A stretch of 33,987 nucleotides of DNA from a virus (Duplodnaviria > Caudoviricetes). This document shows positions 8,900 through 19,718 of this stretch, one piece after another. The stretch covers positions 1 through 33,987 of IMG/VR virus record IMGVR_UViG_3300023178_000159; one strand, given 5' to 3'. A program made the translations under genes and the position numbers. A model generated the notes under the pieces. The model was not told the origin of the DNA, made no database searches, and saw only the letters and a list, made by a program, of their open reading frames with translations. The stretch's first letter is position 1. Every line of letters starts with the position of its first letter.

Positions 8900-10831
8900 A
8901 TGGCTCTTTTACGTCAGTTTTACACCAACTTTACAGCAGGGGAGATTACACCCTTGCTGTCCTCAAGGGTTGATTCTCAAGCATATAAGAATGGCGTAAA
9001 AAGCCTAAAAAACTTTCGTATTCTATCTCAAGGCGGTATTAGGCGCAGAGGTGGCCTGCGTTATCTTCAAGAACTATCCGATATACCATATCAAACAGAA
9101 ACCTACATCTATGATGAAGATGAAGCTTATATTCTGTTGTTTTCCAATACACAGTTAGATGTTGTTGATGTAACCGACCCAACCAATATTGCTGATACCA
9201 TTACATCTTGTCCTTGGACAACCGATATGATTGGTGAATTAAAGGTATCTCAGTCTGGCGATACAATGGTTATTGTACATCCAGATATGTATATGCAAGA
9301 ACTAACCAGAACATCTGCATCTACATTTAGTTTAGCTGATTTTGACTTTGAACATAGCGGTACTGCTCATTACGAGCCATTCTATCGTTTTATTGACCCA
9401 GCAGTAACACTTACCCCGCAAAATTCAAACACAGGCTCACAGAACTTTACAGCAAGCTCTGCTATTTTTTCTTCTTCATGGGTAGGCGACCATATTGAAT
9501 TTACTGATTCTGCTGGGACTGTAGTGCATATTGAGGTTACAGCCTATGTATCTACTACAGTTATTACTGGTAATTTTAGTGAGGCAGTAGCTAACACAAA
9601 TGCTAGAGCTACTTGGAAAGAACAGGTGTTTTCTTCTCGCAGAGGATATGCACGTTCTGTTACTTTCCATGACCAAAGATTGATATTTGGCGGTTCAAGA
9701 GATTTGCCTAATCATTTGTTTATGTCAAAGACTGGTGAGTTTTTTAATTTTGATACTGGTGAAGCATTAGATGATGAATCAATTCAGATTCAAATTGCTG
9801 AAAACCAGATATCTGAAATCAAAGCACTTGGGTCATTTAGACATCTGACCATCTTCACATCTGAACAGGAACTGTTTGTTCCTACTACAGAGAACAGGCC
9901 TTTGACACCTACTACTATTTCTGTGAAGAAGCAGACTTCTTATGGTAGTGGTGAAGTTACACCTGTTGAGTTTGATGGGGCTATGGTGTTTCTTACTAAG
10001 TCAAAAGGTGCAATTAGAGAGTTTGTATATTCTGATGTAAGCCAAGCATATAATGCTGATGCACTTACATTATTGTCACCACACATTATTGGGACACCTA
10101 CACAAATGGTGTCTCAGCGTGAAGCCTCAGACCAGATGGAAGCTTATATGTATCTGGTCAACGAAGACGGTAAGATGCCTGTATTTATGTCTATCCGCAA
10201 AGAAAACTTGCAGGGATGGTCTGAATGGTCAACAGAAGGTGACTTTAAGAATGTTGTTGTGGTGAACAGAAAAGTCTATTGCATTTGTGAAAGAACTATA
10301 GACGGTTCTACATTTACATCACTAGAGCTACTAGACAACGAATATCACACAGACTGCGCTATTAAAGACACAAACTCTACAGCCAAAACTAATTGGACTG
10401 TTGCACACATGCCAAATACGACTGTGGTTGTTAAGTCTGACAATTACTCGATGGGTACATATACAACAGATGCAAGCGGTAACTTTACGCTTACAGCGGC
10501 TGTAGACAACATTGAAGTTGGCTTAAGCTATACACCCCAGCTAGTAACACTACCGCCAGAGTTTCAATTGCCGGATGGTATATCATTTGGTCAAAAACGC
10601 AGGGTAGTTCGTGCTGTACTGGACTTAAATGAAACGCTAAACGTACAAACAAAAGGTACGACATTGTTGATTAGAAGAGTTACAAATAACTTTGCCAATC
10701 AACCTGACCCTGTTACTGGTCGTAAAGAAGTGTATTTACTAGGATGGGGTAATGAAGGTACTGTAACAATAACCCAAGACGAACCGTTGCCCATAACGAT
10801 TAACGGTTTATTGCTAGAGGTGGAAGTATAA
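8900..10831 (+). CDS. Tail tubular protein B / nozzle (T7 gp12 / P22 gp10-like)
   Basis: 643 aa; NFTAGEITP, GGIRRRGG, TFHDQRLIFGG; beta-rich. Confidence 0.88.
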   Translation: MALLRQFYTNFTAGEITPLLSSRVDSQAYKNGVKSLKNFRILSQGGIRRRGGLRYLQELSDIPYQTETYIYDEDEAYILLFSNTQLDVVDVTDPTNIADTITSCPWTTDMIGELKVSQSGDTMVIVHPDMYMQELTRTSASTFSLADFDFEHSGTAHYEPFYRFIDPAVTLTPQNSNTGSQNFTASSAIFSSSWVGDHIEFTDSAGTVVHIEVTAYVSTTVITGNFSEAVANTNARATWKEQVFSSRRGYARSVTFHDQRLIFGGSRDLPNHLFMSKTGEFFNFDTGEALDDESIQIQIAENQISEIKALGSFRHLTIFTSEQELFVPTTENRPLTPTTISVKKQTSYGSGEVTPVEFDGAMVFLTKSKGAIREFVYSDVSQAYNADALTLLSPHIIGTPTQMVSQREASDQMEAYMYLVNEDGKMPVFMSIRKENLQGWSEWSTEGDFKNVVVVNRKVYCICERTIDGSTFTSLELLDNEYHTDCAIKDTNSTAKTNWTVAHMPNTTVVVKSDNYSMGTYTTDASGNFTLTAAVDNIEVGLSYTPQLVTLPPEFQLPDGISFGQKRRVVRAVLDLNETLNVQTKGTTLLIRRVTNNFANQPDPVTGRKEVYLLGWGNEGTVTITQDEPLPITINGLLLEVEV

Positions 10832-11265
10832 TGGGCTTAGAAATGGCTATTGCTGGTGCGGTTATTGGACTTGCGGCAGCTAGAAAAGAAAAAGGCATTT
10901 ATGAAATGGAAGCCACGTCCTACGAAGAACAGGGCAAAATGGCTCAAATGCAAGCCAAACAACAAGAAGAAGAGCGTGAAAGAAACTTACGTCAACAGCT
11001 TGCTTCATTAGGTACATCTATGTCTGCACAAGGCGTAGTTCTTGATAGAACACAAGGCTCTGTAGGTGCTTTGCAAAAGAACGAAGTAAATATTGCTAAA
11101 AAGGATGTGTCAGCGATTAAACTTATGGGTATGTCAAATAGACGTAAGTATGATATTAGCGCAAAAAGTTCTAGGGAAGCTGGTCAAGCGGCTATGATTA
11201 GAGGTGTAGGTCAAGCTGTCACTACAATTGGCAGTGCAGTACAAGCTGGTTCGGGAACTCCATAA
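10831..11265 (+). CDS. Small internal virion (ejection) protein, gp14-like
   Basis: Hydrophobic Ala/Gly N-terminus followed by a helical Q/E region; position after the nozzle gene. Confidence 0.7.
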   Translation: MGLEMAIAGAVIGLAAARKEKGIYEMEATSYEEQGKMAQMQAKQQEEERERNLRQQLASLGTSMSAQGVVLDRTQGSVGALQKNEVNIAKKDVSAIKLMGMSNRRKYDISAKSSREAGQAAMIRGVGQAVTTIGSAVQAGSGTP

Positions 11266-14200
11266 TGGTATTTCAAAAAACAAAAGGTAGAAGCGTATAT
11301 ACACAGCCCGTAGGAATGCCTGATTTATCTGGTTTTAAACAAGCGGCACGTTCTTACCAACAGCTTGGTTCTTTGATAACTGAGTTTGGAACTGAAATTC
11401 GTAAAAAAGATTACAACGATGCTATTCGTCAAGCTGAAGTAGACGGCAAGAGTGCTGGAACAAAGTATGTTAAAGATGAAAATGGCGAATGGAAACTAGC
11501 TCCTCTTGTAAACCTTGATTATACAAAATCTGTTCAACATCTGCCCAAAGCCGATCAAGAAGGTGTTTTAAAAACTTACAGAGAAGCGGCTGTAGGTGCA
11601 TATACCGCAAGAGCTGTCAACGATATTAATTTTGCGGCTGGTCAATCCTACGCAAATAATAGAAATAATCCTGGGGGCATTCGTTCAGAAATGAATGGAT
11701 ACATACAGGGATTAAAGGAGCAAGTGCCTGATGAGGTATTTGTTCAATTAGCACCTAAAGTAGAAGCGGCATTTTTAGCATCAGAAAACAAAGCCTTTGC
11801 CCAGCAACAGATAGATGCTGATGCGGCGGCAGTAGCTGATTTTACAACCAAGTTTAATTCTAACACAAAAGAACTTGGGAATATGTATTCCGTAGGTCCT
11901 GTGGGCGATGATGATACGTCTGTAGAGGGCTTTGAGATGCGTATTAGTGAAATAACTGAAGAAGATGAACAAACACTACAGCATCTTCAAACACTAGGAA
12001 TGAATCCTACAGAAGTAGACGAGTTGAGAGCTTCAAGAGTTAATCACATTACTCAAAGGGTAGGTGAATCTTTTATTGAAAAGACTTGGCTTACATCTGA
12101 TGGTGATTTAGAGCAAACACTTTTGGCTGTAGAAGATATTGTAAATCAAGCAAGACAAGATACTGACGTTGATGCAGATACTTTGCGTAGCACTTTAACA
12201 GCAAAAGCTACAAGACTGGAAACTCTTGATAAAGCCAGAAAAGCTGAAGCCGCAGAAGAAAGAGAAAACATATTCCAAAACTATAATTACAGGGTGTATG
12301 TAAAAGGTGAGGATATTAGCACTGATTTGGCAAATCCAAACAGTGACATCTACAAGCTAGAAGGTTCTCAAATTGGTTCTTTGCTTTCTGTTAGTGATGC
12401 AAAAAGAGAAGAATTTATTAATGACGAATATAACAAAAACGTTTCATTAATTAAAAATTGGGAACAGTTTATGGGGACTCCTTTTGAGAAGGATTTGCCA
12501 GAAAACTTTAACAACATCTTTAAGATGTGGAAAAATGGTGTTCTTGATTTTGAAAAATTTGCAGAAGCAAGAAGCTTTTATGTATCTTATTTTGATAAGA
12601 AATTTTTAGAGCCAAATATTTTAAAATCAGAAGTACAGCTTGTAAGGGAGTTAGGGAAGGGTAGTAGCTACGCTATTTCCCCAGACCATTTTAGAGCAAT
12701 TGCCCCTGACCTTGTGTCAAGAAAGGTAATTGGCAAAGGTAGAAAATATGAAGACTTAGCGGCTTATGAAACTGCAATTGGTTCTTACGCAAAAGAATAC
12801 TATAAACAAATAAACAAAATCAACGAAGGGCGAAAAGCCTTATCTCATGCTCAAGCTGGTATTGGTATTTCTGAGACAGAAATGGAATCAATACATAACT
12901 ATACTCCCAATTATAAAGCTATATTACCCCCTGACGAGAACGGTCAAGTTAAAGTAGCGGAACTTGATTTTCTTACTGATGATGATGTTTTGTTCCAAGC
13001 TTCAGCAGATGCGGCAGATAGATTTGCTAATGAAACTAATGGCTTGCTTTTACCGGAAGCCAAAAGAATTTTCGAAAGTGCTAGAAGTAGTGAAGAACTA
13101 GCTGACAAGTCTGTAAGAATTATGGGTCAAATCATTACTGGCATGTCATCTGTGAGTGGTGAATCTCAGCAAGTTGAAATGAACCATTTCTTTGACATGA
13201 ATAATTTTTCAGAGGAAGACAGGCACTTCTTTACATTGTCTTCCAAGATAGGCGTTGCAAATGCAATAAAAGCTTATGAAGGCAAAAGAGATATTGGATA
13301 CAATAAAGGCGTTGAAAAACTATTTCCAAACAGACCAGAAGGCAAAAGGCTTGATGACGCTGTTGATGAAAAGTTTGACGAAGTGTTTCGAGATGCTTTA
13401 ACGGGACATAACTGGTGGAAACTTCTTAATCCAAAGATTAGCCAAACTAGACAGGCTCAACTAAGAGAATTTGCCATGAGTGCTGGTTTGGATGCTACTG
13501 ATTTATCTAATGCAATTATTCGTGACCCAATCGTTCGTGATGGATTAAAAGGCATTTGGCTTAGACGCTGGCAAGAATCAATGGGAGAAGGCTCTCCTGT
13601 AGAGATTATGAGAAGTGCTTTACAAACTATTGGTAAAAGATTTGGCTATGAAGAAGATGAAAGAACAGGTCAAATTCATTTAGTAGAAAGACCTATCATT
13701 CATTATGCACAAGCAACAGTTCCGGGTCGTAGATTGAGCGATGGAACAATCATTCCTAATGTTCAGATTACAAATAGAATGATTGCAGAAGATGTTGTTA
13801 AGAAATTTTTAGCACCTCAAGAAGGCGGTACATTAAGAAACCCTGAAGTAGACGAAGCTGTACGCAGGGTTTTAGATGACCAAAATATTTATAAGTCTGA
13901 CATTTCTTTCCATGCGAATATGGGATTCGGAGATCAGCAAACTTACACAGTTGTAGTAACAGACCATAATGGGAATCCTCATGTTCTTTCAAGAAATTAC
14001 AACTATAACTTTGGAACTTCTGTTCAAAATGAATATTACCAAAAGGTAATGGATGATATTCAGACAAGCAAAGTTAAGGATTTTTGGTCTGCTTATGGTT
14101 TGTTTGATTTATCTGTTATTCAGGGAGCTTTTGAAAACTACCACATGACAGGTAGCGACATGAGTTTAAATCCTCTTATAAAGTCATTGAACGAATTAAG

Positions 14201-14324
14201 ACTTAGTACCAGCCCCGGAGCTAGTCCTGAGTTTTTAAAAAGCCTTGGAGAACCACTAAAGCCTGAAGAAATACAAGACTTTATGCGTCTCTGGAATAAT
14301 ATAATTGCATGGGGCAAACTATAA
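11265..14324 (+). CDS. Internal virion protein, gp15-like
   Basis: 1019 aa, helical; TAATG coupled; synteny. Confidence 0.7.
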   Translation: MVFQKTKGRSVYTQPVGMPDLSGFKQAARSYQQLGSLITEFGTEIRKKDYNDAIRQAEVDGKSAGTKYVKDENGEWKLAPLVNLDYTKSVQHLPKADQEGVLKTYREAAVGAYTARAVNDINFAAGQSYANNRNNPGGIRSEMNGYIQGLKEQVPDEVFVQLAPKVEAAFLASENKAFAQQQIDADAAAVADFTTKFNSNTKELGNMYSVGPVGDDDTSVEGFEMRISEITEEDEQTLQHLQTLGMNPTEVDELRASRVNHITQRVGESFIEKTWLTSDGDLEQTLLAVEDIVNQARQDTDVDADTLRSTLTAKATRLETLDKARKAEAAEERENIFQNYNYRVYVKGEDISTDLANPNSDIYKLEGSQIGSLLSVSDAKREEFINDEYNKNVSLIKNWEQFMGTPFEKDLPENFNNIFKMWKNGVLDFEKFAEARSFYVSYFDKKFLEPNILKSEVQLVRELGKGSSYAISPDHFRAIAPDLVSRKVIGKGRKYEDLAAYETAIGSYAKEYYKQINKINEGRKALSHAQAGIGISETEMESIHNYTPNYKAILPPDENGQVKVAELDFLTDDDVLFQASADAADRFANETNGLLLPEAKRIFESARSSEELADKSVRIMGQIITGMSSVSGESQQVEMNHFFDMNNFSEEDRHFFTLSSKIGVANAIKAYEGKRDIGYNKGVEKLFPNRPEGKRLDDAVDEKFDEVFRDALTGHNWWKLLNPKISQTRQAQLREFAMSAGLDATDLSNAIIRDPIVRDGLKGIWLRRWQESMGEGSPVEIMRSALQTIGKRFGYEEDERTGQIHLVERPIIHYAQATVPGRRLSDGTIIPNVQITNRMIAEDVVKKFLAPQEGGTLRNPEVDEAVRRVLDDQNIYKSDISFHANMGFGDQQTYTVVVTDHNGNPHVLSRNYNYNFGTSVQNEYYQKVMDDIQTSKVKDFWSAYGLFDLSVIQGAFENYHMTGSDMSLNPLIKSLNELRLSTSPGASPEFLKSLGEPLKPEEIQDFMRLWNNIIAWGKL

Positions 14325-17300
14325 TGAGCAATGTAGATTGGGACTTCATCAGAGAGCTAGAAGGTTACAAGCTACAAGGCTATGTACCTGAAGATGCTAA
14401 CGGTCAACCTCATGGCAATTCAGGTGTTACAATTGTATCTGGATTAGACCTTTCTACTAAAGACGATTCATACTTTGCTGGATTGCCTGATTCTATAATA
14501 GCCAAGCTTAGACCTTTTTATGGGCTTAAAGGTGCTGAAGCTGATGAAGTTGCTGGCAATTTAAATTTAGAAGATAGTGAAGGCGTAGCTCTTTATGAAC
14601 ATACCAAGAAAAAAGAATTAGAAATACTAAAAACAAAGTGGCAAGAAAAGACAGGTAATTCTTTTGATGACTTGCCAATGAACCAAGCAACAGCAGTTGC
14701 ATCTGTAGCTTTTCAATACGGTGACTTAGAAACAAGAACACCCAACTTTTGGAATCAAGTAACCACTGGCGATTGGGAAGGTGCTGAAGCAAACCTTAAT
14801 AATTTTGGTGACGACTTTAGTACAAGGCGCAGAAAAGAAAGTAATTATTTAAAAAAAAAGACTGAGCCTCTGGTAGAAGATTTAAAATCTCCAGATGATA
14901 TGATGCTAGAGCCAGTTGAAGAGCCTAGCATGGATAAAATAGATTTTCCTATGCCGGAAGAAGGTTCTTTTGAAGCACTGTTTGGTGTAGATAAGTTTGG
15001 TGCTACAGCAGAAGAAAGTTTTGCTGTTCCCGATGATTTTGTACCAACAGAAGAAGCGGCTATAGCGGCAAGAACACAGCGTCAGATGCTTATTGATGCT
15101 GAGATGGTAACCGACCAACTGCCTGCTCCAAATCCTAATTTAAAGGTAGATGTAAAAAAACCAGAACAAGGCGTGATTGAATCACAGCCTCAGTTTAACT
15201 TTATAGGCAAAGAAAGATATGGAACGCCTATTGGCAGCACATTAGAGAATGATGCTCAGTTTGATTACGATATGTTTACCCCAACAGAGGGTCAGGCAAT
15301 AAAAGCGGCATTTCGTCAATACAATATAGTTCCAGCACTATCTCGTCTTGGTGCGGCACACATGACTGGAAGAAGAAGAGATGTCCCAGGATATAGTGTT
15401 TACAATGATACAAGACTAAAGAACTTAGTTGGTGAAGATGGTCTTTACTTCTTTAGGCACTCAGGAAGCCACGAAGAAGCAATGGATAGGTACAACAACC
15501 TGAACAGCGACTATCAGGACATGAAGACTGTAGAAAGAAGTGCTTCAGGTGCTGGTTATTCAGTAATGGCTGGCATTGCAGACCCGACAATAGCTTTGCC
15601 TATCTTGCCTAAATATTTAAGCGGTGCTTCAAGATTTAGAAGATTTGGTCGTGGATTTATGATGGGATATGCACCTACTGCTGGTGTTCAAGCCGCAATT
15701 GAATTTAACAATGAAAGCAGAGATGCAACATTTGCGGCATATTCTGTTTTTGCGGCTGGTATATTGGGTGGTGCAATAGGTATGCATTTGGGCAAGGGTA
15801 TGAGTCCTGCCGCTATTGCTGAAATGAAATTAAACGAAGATAGCGTTAGAGTTAATTTACTTGGGGCAAAATCTCAATATTCAGCACAACAAATAGCAGA
15901 GCTTAAAAAGATTTCTTCTGCTGGTGCATCTATTAGCCCAGAATTAGCAAGAACAAATGCTTACAGACAGCTTGAAATGGAAGCGTTAGAAACAACTGGT
16001 ATTGGCATTGAAAAACTTGGATGGAATCCTGTAAACAGAATGTTCCAAAGTGCCAATCCTATTGTTCGTAGCCTTGCACCTGAAATGGTAGATGTTGGTG
16101 GTTTGATGCAAAAGAAGGTGCGTCAACAAGGCGAAGCTATGGCTCAGTCTGTGGAAACCACATTTAGAACTACATACTATCCTCAGCTTCTTGAAGCCAA
16201 TACTGCTTCTGATTTGGCTTACATGGCCTACAGAAATGTTCAGGCCGCATCTACCCCTGCTCGTAGAGCATTGCAGATGACTGGCATGAGATTTACTGAC
16301 AAAGTAGATGATTTGTTAAAAAGACATGATGGTTCTTTAACTGAGGTTCAGTTTAGAAATCGTGTTGGCATGGCTATGCGTAGAGGTGATGCAGATGCAA
16401 TTGATGATGCGGCAACACCTTTTGTTAATCAAGCGGCTGTAGAATACAGAAAAGTTTTAAACAAAATCAAAGATGAAGCTAATTCTGTAAGGTTATTTGA
16501 AAGAGAGTTGGCAGATGATATAGCTAAAGCCAGAGCCACTAACAATCAAGCACTTGTATCAGATTTAACGGCAAAACTACAAAGGTTAAGAGATGAAGGA
16601 GTTACTGTAAACACTGCTCTTTCTTATGTGCCTCGTATATACAGAATTGATAAAATTGAGCAAAACATTCCCAGATTTCTTGGAATTATCAAAAGCTGGG
16701 CTATGACAAGTAAGCGTCTAAGCCCAACACAAGCAGATCAATTTGCCGCAGAAGTCTTAGATACTGTTACTAGAAGAAGACCCTTTATTGATTATGAACA
16801 CGCTACAGATGCTCTGGACTGGATTAAGAATCCATCTGGCGCACAAGCAAGAACATTAGAAATACCTGACGAATTAATAGAAGAGTTTCTTGAAAACGAT
16901 ATTGAAGCTCTTCTTAGAAGCCATACACGCACTATGGGTATGGATATTGAACTTACAAGAAAGTTTGGTAGTTCATCTATGGATGACCTTATCAAACAGG
17001 TTGAAGATGAATACCAGAGACTTATTGGCGAAACAGCAGACTATCAAAAACGTTCTCAGTTAGCAGAAGGTTTGAAGAATGACCTCAGGGACATTAGAGG
17101 GTTAAGAGATAGGCTCAGGGGAACTTATGGTGCATCTAAAGACCCACATGCCCTTTCTAGCCGTTTTGTTAGAGTTATGAAATCATTTAATGTCCTTACA
17201 GGAATGGGCAGTGCAATGATTTCCTCTGTTCCTGATATAGCTAGAATTTCCATGGTAGAGGGATTTACCAATGCTTACGGAAAAGGCTTTGCGTCTATGT

Positions 17301-18370
17301 TTGATAGACAGGCTCGTATTATTAGAACTATGTCTAAGAAAGAGCTAGAAAAAGCGGCTGTTGCTGTTGATGCTACACTAGGTTTAAGAGCGCATGCTAT
17401 GTCAGACATTGGTGATTTGTTTGGCAATCGATACGCTATTGAGCGTAGTTTAAATGACGCAACTGGCATGTTCTTTTTGCTTAATGGGTTAAACATTTGG
17501 AATCAGGCACTTAAAGAAATAGCTGGTAATGTGACCATGCTAAGAATGACTGAATCTATAATGAAGTCTGGTGGATGGAATAGACTGACAAGAATAGAAA
17601 AGGAAAAGCTATTAAAGAATGGCATAGGTCAGCAAGATTATACCATTATGCGTAATAATATACAGCGTTTTGGTCAGCAAGAAGGTAACGAATGGTTGCC
17701 GAATACCGAAGCGTGGACTGATGCAACACAGCGTTTAAAGTTTAGAAACGCTCTAAATCAGAATGTTGAGCGTATTATCGTGACACCTGGGGCTGGTGAT
17801 AGAGCATTGTGGACATCTACAGAGATGGGTTCATTGCTTACACAGTTTAAATCTTATGGTCAGGGTGCAATGCAAAGAATGCTTACATCTGGTTTGCAAG
17901 AAAAAGATGGAGCGTTTTGGCAGGGTGCTTTCTTAATTGTTGGACTAGCCGCCATAGTAAATGAGATTAAGAGAGCGCAGTATGGTCTTGATAGTGCTGA
18001 ATCTTTTGACCAGAAGTTAATTAATGCAATTGACAGGTCTGGTTTGCTTGGATGGTTTACTGACGTAAATAACGCTATGGAAAAAGTTAGCGATTACCAG
18101 TTAGGAATGCGTCCATTGCTTACAGACCAGCAATCATACCCTGTATATACAGCGGCTAAAGCTGGTGCTGTATTTGGTCCGAGTGCTAGTGCGGCAATCA
18201 ATGCAACCAATGTTTTGGGTGATTTTGCTACTGGCAATGTTGATTACAGAACTGGCAACGATTTTAGGTTTATTATGCCTACAGGCAATTTGTATTACTT
18301 AGACCCAATATATGATGGAGTGTTTGGTCAGGGTAATGTGAATAGACAGGAAAACTTGAATAGGGAATAG
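14324..18370 (+). CDS. Large internal virion protein (gp16-like) with N-terminal pesticin-like muramidase domain
   Basis: VDWDFIRELEG..GYVP..SGVTIVSGLDL..SVAFQYG..RRRKESNYL domain; hydrophobic segment; C-terminal LLTQFKSY motif; start 14324 by TAATG coupling. Confidence 0.85.
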   Translation: MSNVDWDFIRELEGYKLQGYVPEDANGQPHGNSGVTIVSGLDLSTKDDSYFAGLPDSIIAKLRPFYGLKGAEADEVAGNLNLEDSEGVALYEHTKKKELEILKTKWQEKTGNSFDDLPMNQATAVASVAFQYGDLETRTPNFWNQVTTGDWEGAEANLNNFGDDFSTRRRKESNYLKKKTEPLVEDLKSPDDMMLEPVEEPSMDKIDFPMPEEGSFEALFGVDKFGATAEESFAVPDDFVPTEEAAIAARTQRQMLIDAEMVTDQLPAPNPNLKVDVKKPEQGVIESQPQFNFIGKERYGTPIGSTLENDAQFDYDMFTPTEGQAIKAAFRQYNIVPALSRLGAAHMTGRRRDVPGYSVYNDTRLKNLVGEDGLYFFRHSGSHEEAMDRYNNLNSDYQDMKTVERSASGAGYSVMAGIADPTIALPILPKYLSGASRFRRFGRGFMMGYAPTAGVQAAIEFNNESRDATFAAYSVFAAGILGGAIGMHLGKGMSPAAIAEMKLNEDSVRVNLLGAKSQYSAQQIAELKKISSAGASISPELARTNAYRQLEMEALETTGIGIEKLGWNPVNRMFQSANPIVRSLAPEMVDVGGLMQKKVRQQGEAMAQSVETTFRTTYYPQLLEANTASDLAYMAYRNVQAASTPARRALQMTGMRFTDKVDDLLKRHDGSLTEVQFRNRVGMAMRRGDADAIDDAATPFVNQAAVEYRKVLNKIKDEANSVRLFERELADDIAKARATNNQALVSDLTAKLQRLRDEGVTVNTALSYVPRIYRIDKIEQNIPRFLGIIKSWAMTSKRLSPTQADQFAAEVLDTVTRRRPFIDYEHATDALDWIKNPSGAQARTLEIPDELIEEFLENDIEALLRSHTRTMGMDIELTRKFGSSSMDDLIKQVEDEYQRLIGETADYQKRSQLAEGLKNDLRDIRGLRDRLRGTYGASKDPHALSSRFVRVMKSFNVLTGMGSAMISSVPDIARISMVEGFTNAYGKGFASMFDRQARIIRTMSKKELEKAAVAVDATLGLRAHAMSDIGDLFGNRYAIERSLNDATGMFFLLNGLNIWNQALKEIAGNVTMLRMTESIMKSGGWNRLTRIEKEKLLKNGIGQQDYTIMRNNIQRFGQQEGNEWLPNTEAWTDATQRLKFRNALNQNVERIIVTPGAGDRALWTSTEMGSLLTQFKSYGQGAMQRMLTSGLQEKDGAFWQGAFLIVGLAAIVNEIKRAQYGLDSAESFDQKLINAIDRSGLLGWFTDVNNAMEKVSDYQLGMRPLLTDQQSYPVYTAAKAGAVFGPSASAAINATNVLGDFATGNVDYRTGNDFRFIMPTGNLYYLDPIYDGVFGQGNVNRQENLNRE
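14848..14895 (+). other. Candidate programmed frameshift/slippage site with 3' hairpin
   Basis: T_TTA_AAA_AAA_AAG in phase; -1 frame reads GAC TGA; stem TCTGG..AGATT-TAA-AATCT-CCAGA begins 8 nt downstream. Confidence 0.55.
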
Positions 18371-18377
18371 ATTAAGT

Positions 18378-19709
18378 ATGGCTACTATAGAAATTGCAGA
18401 TAATGACGCTAGAGTCCAATACACCCAAGCCGTAACTGCTAATACCACGCAGTTGACGATTGATTTCCCATTCTTTGACGTTGATGACATCAATGTTATT
18501 GTAACAACTGCGGCTGGTATTGATACTACGCTGTCCAGAGGTACAGGCACTGGTACGTTTGCTGTTACAGGAACTGCGGTAGATGATGGATTTTCTGGTG
18601 GATATATTACTCTTGGCGACAATTATAGTGCAGGAACTGATACATTCACTATTTTCAGGGACATACCTGTAGCCAGAACTACAGACTTCCCAACATCAGG
18701 ACCTTTTAATATCTCGTCACTCAATACTGAGTTAGACAAGATTATTGCTATTGAGCAAGAGCTAGAAACCAAGATTAGCCGTACAATGAAGCTGTCAGAT
18801 TCTGATACTGCCGCTTCAATTACTCTACCTTCATCAGCAAGCAGGGCTAATAAGTTTCTATCATTTGATGCTAACGGTGCTGTAACGGTATCAACCACTA
18901 TTGGCACATATCAAGGAACTGACACTACAACGACCACAGCCGATTATGTTAAGCATGATTTGGTTAAGTCAACAACTACAGCACAATTAGATAATGTATA
19001 TATCTGTATTGTAGATAGCCCTAGCGGCACATTGCTCACAAACACAGCTTATTGGGAACTGGTTGTAGATGCTGTAACAGCCGCTACATCAGCTACCAAT
19101 GCGGCAACGTCTGCCTCTAATGCCGCTACAAGTGCAAGTAATGCGGCTACATCTGCAACAAATGCCGCAACATCAGAGACAAATGCAAATGATTGGGCTG
19201 TTAAAACAAACGGTATTGTTGATAGCACAGATTATTCATCTAAGGCTTGGGCTATTGGCGGCACTGGTGTAACCGATCAATCTGGTGCTGGCCCTGCAAA
19301 AGACTGGGCGGTAGAAACTACAGGTCAAGTAGATGGCACTGAATATTCTGCTAAAGAATATGCGGTGGGTACACAGACAAGAGGCACAACTGGTTCTGCT
19401 AAAGACTGGGCTACCTATACGGCTGGTACTGTAGATGGTGCAGAATATTCTGCGAAATATTACGCAGAAGAAGCGGCTGCATCTGTTGCGACCTTTGATG
19501 ATAAGTATGCTGGGGCTAAAGCAAGTGACTCTGCGGCAGATACTTACTTTACAACAGGCGGTAGAACAAAAGATGCTGGGGATATGTATTATAACTCATC
19601 ATCAGGTGTAGTTAGGATTTGGAGTGGCACTCAATGGGAAGATGCCGCAGTTTCCACGGCTGGGTTTGCTACGGCTGGCTTTGCCATAGCCATGTCGATT
19701 GCACTATAG
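18378..19709 (+). CDS. Tail fibre protein with T7 gp17-like N-terminal attachment domain
   Basis: IDFPFFDVDDINV...TIFRDIPVARTTDF...LNTELDK; Ala/Thr/Ser heptad repeats; C-terminal AGFAIAMSIAL. Confidence 0.85.
   Translation: MATIEIADNDARVQYTQAVTANTTQLTIDFPFFDVDDINVIVTTAAGIDTTLSRGTGTGTFAVTGTAVDDGFSGGYITLGDNYSAGTDTFTIFRDIPVARTTDFPTSGPFNISSLNTELDKIIAIEQELETKISRTMKLSDSDTAASITLPSSASRANKFLSFDANGAVTVSTTIGTYQGTDTTTTTADYVKHDLVKSTTTAQLDNVYICIVDSPSGTLLTNTAYWELVVDAVTAATSATNAATSASNAATSASNAATSATNAATSETNANDWAVKTNGIVDSTDYSSKAWAIGGTGVTDQSGAGPAKDWAVETTGQVDGTEYSAKEYAVGTQTRGTTGSAKDWATYTAGTVDGAEYSAKYYAEEAAASVATFDDKYAGAKASDSAADTYFTTGGRTKDAGDMYYNSSSGVVRIWSGTQWEDAAVSTAGFATAGFAIAMSIAL
19080..19184 (+). repeat. Five degenerate 21-bp repeats encoding AATS(A/E)(T/S)N heptads
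   Basis: gccgctacatcagctaccaat / gcggcaacgtctgcctctaat / gccgctacaagtgcaagtaat / gcggctacatctgcaacaaat / gccgcaacatcagagacaaat. Confidence 0.85.
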
Positions 19710-19718
19710 GAGATTAAA

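Noticed and set aside
19080-19184. CRISPR-like array
   Set aside because: Degenerate in-frame coding repeats with no spacers.
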